From Myxococcota bacterium (GTDB taxonomy: Bacteria > Myxococcota_A > Polyangia > Nannocystales > Nannocystaceae), in NCBI GenBank assembly GCA_039028615.1, contig JBCCHT010000009.1, positions 160,001-224,000 on the forward strand: DNA of 64,000 nt, read 5' to 3'. Below are positions 56,202 through 64,000 of this stretch, one piece after another. The translations under genes and the position numbers were made by a program. Under the pieces are notes generated by a model. It saw only the letters and a program-made list of their open reading frames with translations. It did no database searches and was not told the DNA's origin. How positions within the stretch are numbered: position 1 is the first letter of the stretch; the number at the start of each line of letters is the position of its first letter.

Positions 56202-58607
56202 GTGGATGCGAACGGGCAGCGCTTCTGGTCGTTGGCGGGCGAGCAGGCGTGGGTGCGACAGGGGGCTCCGCCTCCGGTCCACGACAGCGAGCGCCGGACC
56301 TTTCGACTGGGCAGCCATCGCGAGCTTGGTTTTACCGAGTCGCCCGACGAAGCCGAGGAGCGTCGGGGGCGGCCGCGTATGACCCACGACCGGCATGGCA
56401 CCCATGCGTTCGTCGACCCCGTTACCAACGAGATCCATGGGGCGGGAGCGCTGTCCGGGAGCGTCGTGCTCCACGCGCCGGACGATCCGGTGATCGACGT
56501 CGCCGTCGGCTACGACGAAGTCCTCTATTTCATCGAGGAGGCCGAGGTCTGGCTCGTGGACTTGCGGGGTCGCTGGGACGCCGTCGCCGTGTCGCTGCCC
56601 GACTTTGCACCGAGCCGCTTGGCGGCTCGCCCCGAGGGCGGCGTCTGGGTCCTCGACCGTAATGACCAGCAGCTCGCTCGGGTGACCGGTGTTCCCCTGC
56701 CTCGCGAAGGAGCCCGAGAGCGCTCGGACCTGCTCTTCGATCCAAAAGAGGAGAACCCCCGTCCTCCTCGGATGGTCCGGGTCGATCTCGGGTCGACAGA
56801 TGCGGAAGAAGCCATCGACATTGCGACGAACTCGCGGGGGCGTACGGTGTTGTTGTCGTGGGAAGCGGATGCGTCGTCCGTGCGCTTTGTCGCCTCGGAC
56901 GGTTCGTTGGGGCCACGCCAATTGCTCGACGGCATCGAGCGGCCATTTTCCATCGGGTTCGTGGATGTCGACACCTTGGCCGTGCTGGTGGCGGCGTTGC
57001 ATACCGAAGCCGAGGGCGGGCCGCTCGTCCCGGGCGGGACGCAAGTCGTGACCTACGACGGAGGCCCGAGCGACGAGGCGGGGTCGCGACTCCCTCTGGG
57101 AGGCACCTATCCCTTGCTCGGCCACGATGGTGGTCCGTTCGCCCGTGGCCTCGACGAGCCCGTACGCTACGGCGTGACGGGCAGTGAGCCGGTCGCTCCC
57201 GCGCCGCGGCGCTTGATTCAGATCGCCGCCCCGCGACACGCGATGACGGGCAACCTGGTGACCCCACCAGGGGCTCCGCTCGATGGGGGCCGCGAGGGGT
57301 TCGAGTGGCATCGCGCCTACGTCGAGGCTCACTTTCCTCCCGGCTGTGGCCTGCGGCTGTACGTGCGGGCAAGCGACGAGCCGGTCGAACCCGCCGAGGA
57401 GCACGAGCATGTGTTCGGTGACGTCGAGCCTGCTCCTGGCCTGCCCCACGGCATCTGGTCGACGATGGCCTCGGAACTGCCCTTTCACGATGGGGTCTTG
57501 CCTTGTCCGCTCGAGCCGCACCGAGCGGGCTTGTTCACGGTGCTGCTGCAACGAACGGGGCGAGCGGTCACGGCCATTCGCGGTCGGTACCTATGGGTGA
57601 GGGTGGAACTCGTCGGAGATGGGCGGCTCGGACCCGAGCTGGCGGCGGTCCGGATCTACGGCTCCCGATTCTCCCACGTGGAGAACTATCTGCCGCGCAT
57701 CTACCACGACAACCGCTTCGGAACCGATGCCGACGCGCCTGGGGCCGCGTCCCCGGCCGACTTTCTCGAGCGCTTCGTCGGCAACTTCGAGGGGGTGCTG
57801 ACCACCCTCGAAGATCGAATCGCCAACGCTCATCTGCTCACCGACCCGCAGACGTGCCCCGAGGACGCCCTGGGGTGGCTGAGTTCCTGGGTCGGTCTGG
57901 TCTTCGACGCCGCGTACCCGGCCGAGCGACGACGAGTGGCTATCGAGCACGCCATGGCGCTGCATCGCTGGAGGGGGACTGCCCGTGGTCTCCGCATGGC
58001 GATCGACTTGCTCACCGGCGGTGCGGTCGAGCGCGGGAAGGTCGTCATCTTGGAGGGGTGGAGGTTGAGACGGACCTTCGCGACGATCCTCGGAGCCGAC
58101 CTCGCCGATGAGGACGACCCGCTATTGGGGGGCGTCGTTCAGAGCGGAAACTCGGTCGTCGGAGACAGCCTCATCCTGGGTGACGACTTCCGCCGGGAGT
58201 TCGTCGCGCTGTTTCGCGAGAACCTGCCCGAGCGGCCGAGTGGTTCGACCCTCGACGAGTGGATTCAGTGGATGGTCGAGCGCTACATCGATCCACATGT
58301 GGTCGACGCGTTCTTCGATCGACTCGCCCACCGCCTGACGATCCTGGTCCACGCCGAGGACACCGAGCTGCTGACGTCGTTGCGAAAAATCGTCGAGCTG
58401 GAGACTCCGGCTCACCTCGAGACGGAAGTCGTCTCGGCCCCCTATCCCTTTCTCGTGGGGATGGCGTCGTTGGTGGGCGTCGACACGTTCCTGCGAGGCC
58501 CCGAGGAGCCGCCCGGCATCGTCGTCGGCGAGTCCCGAATCGGTGGCACCGGATTCCTCTCGAGGCCGGCGGCCCTCGACTCTCGCCTGGAAGGAGGCAC
58601 CACATGA
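56202..58607 (+). CDS. tail protein I/gp7-like wedge protein with N-terminal beta-propeller-like region
   Basis: C-terminal YLPRIY, DFLERFVGNFE, DPQTCPEDALGWLSSWVG, HRWRGTARGL, ETPAH; N-terminal NHL-like PSRLAARPEGGVWVLD; GTG at 56202. Confidence 0.85.
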   Translation: MDANGQRFWSLAGEQAWVRQGAPPPVHDSERRTFRLGSHRELGFTESPDEAEERRGRPRMTHDRHGTHAFVDPVTNEIHGAGALSGSVVLHAPDDPVIDVAVGYDEVLYFIEEAEVWLVDLRGRWDAVAVSLPDFAPSRLAARPEGGVWVLDRNDQQLARVTGVPLPREGARERSDLLFDPKEENPRPPRMVRVDLGSTDAEEAIDIATNSRGRTVLLSWEADASSVRFVASDGSLGPRQLLDGIERPFSIGFVDVDTLAVLVAALHTEAEGGPLVPGGTQVVTYDGGPSDEAGSRLPLGGTYPLLGHDGGPFARGLDEPVRYGVTGSEPVAPAPRRLIQIAAPRHAMTGNLVTPPGAPLDGGREGFEWHRAYVEAHFPPGCGLRLYVRASDEPVEPAEEHEHVFGDVEPAPGLPHGIWSTMASELPFHDGVLPCPLEPHRAGLFTVLLQRTGRAVTAIRGRYLWVRVELVGDGRLGPELAAVRIYGSRFSHVENYLPRIYHDNRFGTDADAPGAASPADFLERFVGNFEGVLTTLEDRIANAHLLTDPQTCPEDALGWLSSWVGLVFDAAYPAERRRVAIEHAMALHRWRGTARGLRMAIDLLTGGAVERGKVVILEGWRLRRTFATILGADLADEDDPLLGGVVQSGNSVVGDSLILGDDFRREFVALFRENLPERPSGSTLDEWIQWMVERYIDPHVVDAFFDRLAHRLTILVHAEDTELLTSLRKIVELETPAHLETEVVSAPYPFLVGMASLVGVDTFLRGPEEPPGIVVGESRIGGTGFLSRPAALDSRLEGGTT

Positions 58608-59512
58608 GCACACGCAAGGACCGCATCGCCGATCCCGAGTACGACCGACGCGATCGCGTCAACTATGCGGAAGGGGTCTTGCTCGACGCCCGCGACTTCG
58701 AAGACGAGCAGCTTTACCACCGGGCGACGTCCGCCCGGGCGTTGCAGTACCTGTTCGGTACCGGGACGGTCGCCGGTTTGGAGGTGACCTACAACCCGGC
58801 GACGGGGGAGATCGAGGTGGCACCGGGCCTTGCGATCGACCCTCTGGGTCGCTTGATCGAGCTGCCTCGCACCTGGTGCCTGGTGGTCGAGGACTGGTTC
58901 GACGCGCAACGAGACGAGGACCTGGCGCGATCGTGGATCGACGAAGGCGCTGGACCGGTCTTGGTCGCGGATGTCTTCATTCGATTCGTCGCGTGCGGTC
59001 GCGGAAAAACGCCGTCGTTTGCCACGGGGCCCTTCGATGCGCTCGATGCCGTCACGCCCTCCCGCGTCCGCGATGGGTTCGAACTCGCGTTGGTGGTGCG
59101 CCCCGAGACGGAGCGACGCAGAGAAGATCTGGCGGCCGGAGCCGACCCTCGAGAGATTCCACTGCCGAGCACCGAGGCGGAAGCGGCGGCCTTGGTCGAC
59201 CTCCCGGGCGCCGCCTTCGTGACGCAGATGCGACAACGAATCCTGTCCGCGTGGCGGGAAGGAACTCAGCACTGGACCGACGATCGCCCCCCGGCCCTGG
59301 TCGAACACCTCGAGTGGCGCACGCTCGTCGACGAAGTCGATCCCACGGCGGTGGGCCAGGATCCGACGTCCGTGCTCCTCGCTCGAACCACCATCCCCGT
59401 GACGGCGCCGGCGGCAGGTGGACCTCCCGGGTTCGTGTCTGCGGCCTTTGCCCCCGCAAACTTCGTGCGCCGCTTCGTCTATTGCCCGGGAGTCCTGACC
59501 CGAATCCCGTAG
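58604..59512 (+). CDS. eCIS baseplate-distal hypothetical protein (fibre-attachment-like N-domain)
   Basis: RVNYAEGVLLDARDFEDEQLYHR, GTGTVAGLEV, VAPGLAIDPLGRLIEL; ATGA overlap, GGAGG RBS. Confidence 0.8.
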   Translation: MSTRKDRIADPEYDRRDRVNYAEGVLLDARDFEDEQLYHRATSARALQYLFGTGTVAGLEVTYNPATGEIEVAPGLAIDPLGRLIELPRTWCLVVEDWFDAQRDEDLARSWIDEGAGPVLVADVFIRFVACGRGKTPSFATGPFDALDAVTPSRVRDGFELALVVRPETERRREDLAAGADPREIPLPSTEAEAAALVDLPGAAFVTQMRQRILSAWREGTQHWTDDRPPALVEHLEWRTLVDEVDPTAVGQDPTSVLLARTTIPVTAPAAGGPPGFVSAAFAPANFVRRFVYCPGVLTRIP

Positions 59513-59525
59513 GGAGACGCGTGCT

Positions 59526-62084
59526 ATGGCCGTATTTGATCCCGTAAAGGGCCCAGATCGTGAACGGATCGATCGCGAGGAGCTCGACGATGCGACCGAC
59601 TTGCCCGCGATCCTCCGCGATCGCCGTCGTCGTCGCCCGCGTTACTTCGACCGGCGCTTCCTGACCGCCCGCGACCTCACTCGCGATCAGCAGTACGTCG
59701 CGCTTCGACAGGCCGACCTCGGGCAGATCGGGGGCTCGGGGGTACTCTCGGGGCTCGACGTTCACTCGGACGCTCGCGGAGCGCAGCTGTTCCTCGAGCC
59801 AGGGGTCGGGGTCGCGCGCTCGGGCGAGGTCGTGGCGGTTCGGGAGCGGGTTCGTGCCCGTGTTGCCCACTTGCCCATCACGCACTTTAGCGGCCGCGCC
59901 GTCGACTCGTTGAGCAATCGGAGACCGTGGCGCCGTCGGCATGGGCTGTTCGTCCTCGTGGCGAGGCCGGTCGAGTACGCTCGCGAACCCACGACCGCAT
60001 TCCCGACCGGAGTCTCGGGTGAGCGCAGCCTGGAAGATGGTGAGATCGCTGAAGCCACTTGGCTCACGCTGATGCCGGTGCCGAGCCTCGCACCGCGCGA
60101 GGTCCTACGGCGCGGACGTGCGCGGCTGGCTCGGGAGGTGTTCTTGGAGGGGTTCGACCTCTCCGAGGGGAGCGATGGCCTCGCGCTCGCGGTGGTGGGC
60201 CTCGTCGGCAATCGAATCAACTGGATCGACACCCACATGGTGCGTCGAGACGTCGGTGGCGACGGCCTGCTCGGGCTCGGCATCGAACGCCGCAAGAATC
60301 GGCTGGCCTTCCAGCGCCACTACGTCGACCGCATTCGAGATGTGGTGGCCGAGCGCGGAGATCGTGGCTTGGGCGAGAACATCGCGGCCGCCGACGAGTT
60401 CGACGTCTTGCCGCCCGTCGGCCCGCTACCTCGGGCGGCACTCCAGGCGGAAAACGGCGATCTGTTCCAGAGCTTCTTTCCCGCCTCCATCTACACCGAA
60501 GTCACGGTGGTCCCGGAGGACGAGCTGTCGAGTTTCGTCTCTGAGGGGCTGGTGCGTGCGCCCATCGATCTGACGGTGGAGCCCGAGACTCTCGAGGCGG
60601 TGCCGGTCCTGCTGATCGTTCCAGTTCCCCGGAAGGGCTTGCTCGATCGCATTCGTCGGTTGCAGAGCGGGGTGTTGCGGTCGTCGCTCTCTGCCGCCGG
60701 CCGACCCCTGGCACGAGTGCGGCCGTTCGACGGGCTGTCGGCCCTGAGACGCAAGCTGATGCCCGAAGTCGCAGATCCGAAGCCGTTGGACATGAAGGCG
60801 TGGCGGAGTGCGCTCGAGTCCGCCACCGAGCTGTGGTACATGCGCCGCCCTCAATTCGCGCCCGTGTCTGCCGTCGTGCCTCGGATCCCCGAAGGTAGCC
60901 TCGACAGCGAGCCCATCGAGATGCTCGATGGGCCGGCTCGCGATCACATCGAGGGAGCGGGCGAGGTCGAGCGGTTCAATAATCTGTTGTCGACAGTGGG
61001 AGAGGAGGTCATCGCCGCCCTCGGTGAGACTCTCGCAGACTCCGTGTTTGCGACACCGGTCTTCGTCACCGGGTTGCTCGCCGAGCTGGCCTACGTGGCT
61101 CGCCGCCCTCGCGCGACGGGGTTGCTCCCCGAGCCTCCCGATGCTCCGCGAGCTCCGTTCTTCGTCGAGTCTCCCCCGCTCGACCGAGTCGTGCTCCGGC
61201 CGATCGAACTCGGCGATGTCCAGCGCGTGACCTTGCGGTATCGGGCCCAGGGGGCCGTGGGCGGGATCGCGTTGCTCGGCGCGCTCGGTGACTTCGAACG
61301 GGCCGTGCTCGGCCAGAGCGTGGTGTTGCCGGAGATCGGCGCGTGGCTCAGTCAGCCTCTGGGAGGCTTCGTGACCGTCGGGGTCGTTCAGCAGATGCTA
61401 GCGAATGCCGACGTCGACGGCCTGCGCGGGCTGGCCGAAGGTATGGACCTGAGGATCGCTCGGCTGTTCGACGAATCGCGCTCTGCTCCTCGGCTGGCCA
61501 CCTTTGGTGCGGAGCCCCTGCTGCGTCTGGTCTGGGACGTCAGTGCGGCCAGCTTCCGGGAGAGCATCGACGATGCGCTCGCGGACCTGCCCTTGGGTGA
61601 GTCCGCGGTGTTCACCACGATCTTCCTGGTCAAGCTGATCGAGATCGGGTGGGGGCTGGATATCGACACCGCGGACGAGGGGCGGGCGTTCCTCGACGCG
61701 TTGGCGGCATGGGTGCCCGGGACCGCCTTCGCCGTGCCCGGCGTACCCACGCTGCACCCCAATGGCGAGGTCTTGGCAGATGTCTCCCATGTCAGTCGCG
61801 ACTTGCTCGTCGAAGGAGCCTTGAACACGGCACCGGAGACGGTGAGCCAAGCCAGCGAGCGGTTGGTCGACGTGGGTTTCCCCCGACCGGTGGTCCCGAC
61901 TTCCGAGGATGCCGAGGCGCTCCAGTTGCTGGCCTTGGCCGCGCCGGGGGTCACGTTCTTGAACGAGATCGCAACCGCGACCGATGCTGCGCTGGGCTCG
62001 TTCGCAACGCAGGCCGGTCAGGCAGTGACGCTGCGGCACATGCTGCTGATGCGCGTTGCCGTAGTCCAGCTGTCGAACTCGTGA
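59526..62084 (+). CDS. large eCIS-associated hypothetical protein, paralogue A
   Basis: RPRYFDRRFLTARDLTRDQQY, GSGVLSGLDV, LEPGVGV..SGEVV, LPPVGPLP, FFP, VPEDEL. Confidence 0.8.
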   Translation: MAVFDPVKGPDRERIDREELDDATDLPAILRDRRRRRPRYFDRRFLTARDLTRDQQYVALRQADLGQIGGSGVLSGLDVHSDARGAQLFLEPGVGVARSGEVVAVRERVRARVAHLPITHFSGRAVDSLSNRRPWRRRHGLFVLVARPVEYAREPTTAFPTGVSGERSLEDGEIAEATWLTLMPVPSLAPREVLRRGRARLAREVFLEGFDLSEGSDGLALAVVGLVGNRINWIDTHMVRRDVGGDGLLGLGIERRKNRLAFQRHYVDRIRDVVAERGDRGLGENIAAADEFDVLPPVGPLPRAALQAENGDLFQSFFPASIYTEVTVVPEDELSSFVSEGLVRAPIDLTVEPETLEAVPVLLIVPVPRKGLLDRIRRLQSGVLRSSLSAAGRPLARVRPFDGLSALRRKLMPEVADPKPLDMKAWRSALESATELWYMRRPQFAPVSAVVPRIPEGSLDSEPIEMLDGPARDHIEGAGEVERFNNLLSTVGEEVIAALGETLADSVFATPVFVTGLLAELAYVARRPRATGLLPEPPDAPRAPFFVESPPLDRVVLRPIELGDVQRVTLRYRAQGAVGGIALLGALGDFERAVLGQSVVLPEIGAWLSQPLGGFVTVGVVQQMLANADVDGLRGLAEGMDLRIARLFDESRSAPRLATFGAEPLLRLVWDVSAASFRESIDDALADLPLGESAVFTTIFLVKLIEIGWGLDIDTADEGRAFLDALAAWVPGTAFAVPGVPTLHPNGEVLADVSHVSRDLLVEGALNTAPETVSQASERLVDVGFPRPVVPTSEDAEALQLLALAAPGVTFLNEIATATDAALGSFATQAGQAVTLRHMLLMRVAVVQLSNS

Positions 62085-62094
62085 TGAGGAGAAG

Positions 62095-64000
62095 ATGATG
62101 GAAGACCTCGACAGCTTTGCTCCTCGACGCCGTTCGACCCGTCGGCGCCTGCCTCCCGACGACATTCGTCGCGCGGAACGGATTGGCGCGCTGGCCAACG
62201 ACGCCGAGCGAGTTCGGCCCCGCTATTTCGATGGTCGTCGTTTGAGTGCGACAGACCTGTCCGCCGACTTCGACTACTTCGATCGGCGGCAGCGTGACCT
62301 GGCCAGCACGGTCGACGGCGGCGTGGTCGAGGGGCTTGGGATCGAGTGGCCACCCCCTGGTGAAGGCGGCGGCCCACTGCGGCTGAGGGTGGGCTCGGGC
62401 CACGGTTTGACGCGCGCGGGTGAGCTGGTCCTGGTGCGCGAGGCCATCGTGCTGGACCTGGCCGACCTTCCCACCTCGTCCCAGCTCGACGCGGTCTTCG
62501 ATCTCGACGAACGACCTCGGCCCCCGGCGCGCACGCAGAGCGGAATCTTCGCGCTGACGCTTCGCCCGGTGGAGTTCCAGGCCAACCCGGTCGCACCCTA
62601 TCCCAAGAACATCACGGGCGAGCGCGTCCTCGAGGATGGCGAGGTCATCGAGGCTACGCTGTTCACGTTGGTCCCGCTCGCATCCGAGTCGGGTCTGGAT
62701 GCGGTCCGCGAGGGCAGAGCCGGCCTCGCCCGGCGAATCTTCGTCGAAGGGCTCGACCCGGCGCGTTCGATTCACGGCTTGCCGATTGCGGTGGTGGCCA
62801 TCGAACGAGGTCAGATTTCGTGGGTCGATGTACACCTGGCACGGCGTCGCGCGATGGCCGATCCCACCAGAGGGTTCGGGGCAGGGGCACGGCCGCGGTT
62901 GGAAGCGAGCCTGCAGCACTACGACGACGCGCTGAAGCGCATCATCGCGGAGCGCCTGGCCGTTCCACTCGGCCTGCGTTTCGGCGCGAGTGAGTATTTC
63001 GAGGTCTTGCCCCCGGCGGGGGTGCTGCCGGCCGCCGCGGTCGAGGTGCAGTTCGATCGCGTGTTCCAGTACTTCTTCCCGCCCGGGGTGGATGCCGAGA
63101 TCGCGCTGGTTCCCGAAGACGAGATTCCGGGCCTCATCGAGGAAGCCATCGACCTGGGGCCGATCGATCTCGCGGCGGGGGCGGCTTCGCTGGAGTCGAC
63201 ACCGGTATTGATCACCATTCCCGTCCCGCGGGAGGAGTTTCCCGAGTGGGTTCGCCAAACGGGCGGAGTGCCGCGCCGACCGGTCGCGCAGCGACTCGCG
63301 CGTTCGTTGGCCCATCGACGTCCAGTCGACGCGTTCCTTCGCCGCGCACTGCGGCGATCGGCGGCCGAGGGAGCTCCTGCGGTGCCGTTGCTCGAACCCT
63401 GGCAGAACGCGCTGGCCAACGCGGAGACGCTGTTGTTCGTGCGGCAGCGCCAGCGGGCCCAGACCTCGTTCGCTCAGGCACGCTATGGCCCCATCCCCGC
63501 GGAGCAACGGCCGTCGGGGACGATCGCGGAGCTGGTACGCAACCGCCTCGAGCTGGCCGGCGAGCTCGGGCGTTTCGATCGGCTCTTGGTCACCGCGGGC
63601 CCCGACGCGCTCGAACGCCTCGAGACGCTGCTCTCGAACGACGCATTCGAGCATCTTCTCTTCGTCAACGGGCTCGTCGCCGAGCTGTCGTACCGAGCAC
63701 GTCGCAAGCTCCTCGGGGCCGGCGAGAGCGTCGGTGATGGAAGCACCTTCCTCACGGTGGGGAGCGTTCCACCCGGAGCACCGCTGCCGCTCCGTGTTCG
63801 CCCGCTCCGGCCCGAAGATGTAGACGCGGTCGCAGATCGCTACGCGAACGTCGCCGTGCCGCAGGGATTGGTCGAATTGGCGACACGGCATAGCGCGCTC
63901 TTCGATGAGCTGGACGTTCGTATCGTGCTCGCGCAGACGTTGCGCGTCCCCGAGCTCGATCAGCAAGTCGCGAACGTTCGGGAGGCTGAGCGTGACGATC
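62095..64000 (+). CDS. large eCIS-associated hypothetical protein, paralogue B (partial; not in ORF track)
   Basis: Own translation after GAGGAG: MMEDLDSF...RPRYFDGRRLSATDL...RPVEFQANP...GERVLEDGEVIEATL...LPPAGVLP...FFPPG...VPEDEI; collinear with paralogue A and still in frame at the window end. Confidence 0.85.
   Translation, partial: MMEDLDSFAPRRRSTRRRLPPDDIRRAERIGALANDAERVRPRYFDGRRLSATDLSADFDYFDRRQRDLASTVDGGVVEGLGIEWPPPGEGGGPLRLRVGSGHGLTRAGELVLVREAIVLDLADLPTSSQLDAVFDLDERPRPPARTQSGIFALTLRPVEFQANPVAPYPKNITGERVLEDGEVIEATLFTLVPLASESGLDAVREGRAGLARRIFVEGLDPARSIHGLPIAVVAIERGQISWVDVHLARRRAMADPTRGFGAGARPRLEASLQHYDDALKRIIAERLAVPLGLRFGASEYFEVLPPAGVLPAAAVEVQFDRVFQYFFPPGVDAEIALVPEDEIPGLIEEAIDLGPIDLAAGAASLESTPVLITIPVPREEFPEWVRQTGGVPRRPVAQRLARSLAHRRPVDAFLRRALRRSAAEGAPAVPLLEPWQNALANAETLLFVRQRQRAQTSFAQARYGPIPAEQRPSGTIAELVRNRLELAGELGRFDRLLVTAGPDALERLETLLSNDAFEHLLFVNGLVAELSYRARRKLLGAGESVGDGSTFLTVGSVPPGAPLPLRVRPLRPEDVDAVADRYANVAVPQGLVELATRHSALFDELDVRIVLAQTLRVPELDQQVANVREAERDD

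Larger units (their letters stand above)
42232..64000 (+). other. extracellular contractile injection system (eCIS) gene cluster, incomplete at window end
   Basis: Co-oriented, translationally coupled cap, sheath x2, tube x2, initiator, hub, spike, gp25, baseplate J and wedge genes; DUF4255 present; no capsid, portal or terminase; no TssJLM. Confidence 0.92.

Noticed and set aside
61951..63966. 671-aa minus-strand ORF
   Set aside because: Antisense to the plus-strand paralogue starting at 62095, which has an RBS and clear homology to its neighbour.
42232..64000. Interpretation as prophage, T6SS or R-type pyocin
   Set aside because: No capsid, portal, terminase, integrase or lysis genes, and no TssB/C split sheath or TssJLM; DUF4255 and the Afp7-like initiator point to eCIS. 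Downstream sequence is unseen.

Overview
High-GC DNA whose gene repertoire (Ser/Thr kinase-TPR + ECF sigma pair, Cys-rich lipoproteins, sigma-54 activator) suggests a myxobacterium, probably Nannocystaceae-like (inference). Bases 1-32,800 are a mixed housekeeping region: galE, purine deaminase, MFS transporters, GST/HxlR, a CsoR-regulated metal permease, wecB, msrA, LOG, and an ILVBL/HACL2-like ThDP enzyme coupled to a thioesterase. A tRNA-Asn(GTT) at 32,959-33,031 is followed by three stacked hairpins and then accessory DNA: a sigma-54 activator with a visible three-site enhancer facing two Cys-nucleophile alpha/beta hydrolases, a GST, and a co-oriented block of about 25 kb (38,877 to >64,000). 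That block holds a 1,104-aa VWA protein with an Arg11 tail followed by an extracellular contractile injection system (eCIS; Afp/PVC-type) cluster: DUF4255/Pvc16 cap, two sheaths, two tubes, tube initiator, a 56-aa ORF missed by the ORF track, hub, spike, gp25, baseplate J and a tail-protein/propeller fusion. This eCIS is unusual in four ways: no PAAR gene is visible, a protein with a long C-terminal hydrophobic segment sits between spike and gp25, the tube initiator carries an acidic (G-L-D-x)n repeat, and three tandem related proteins of unknown function follow the baseplate, the last running off the window. No capsid, terminase, integrase or CRISPR array was seen. All calls come from motif recognition by eye; no database searches were run.
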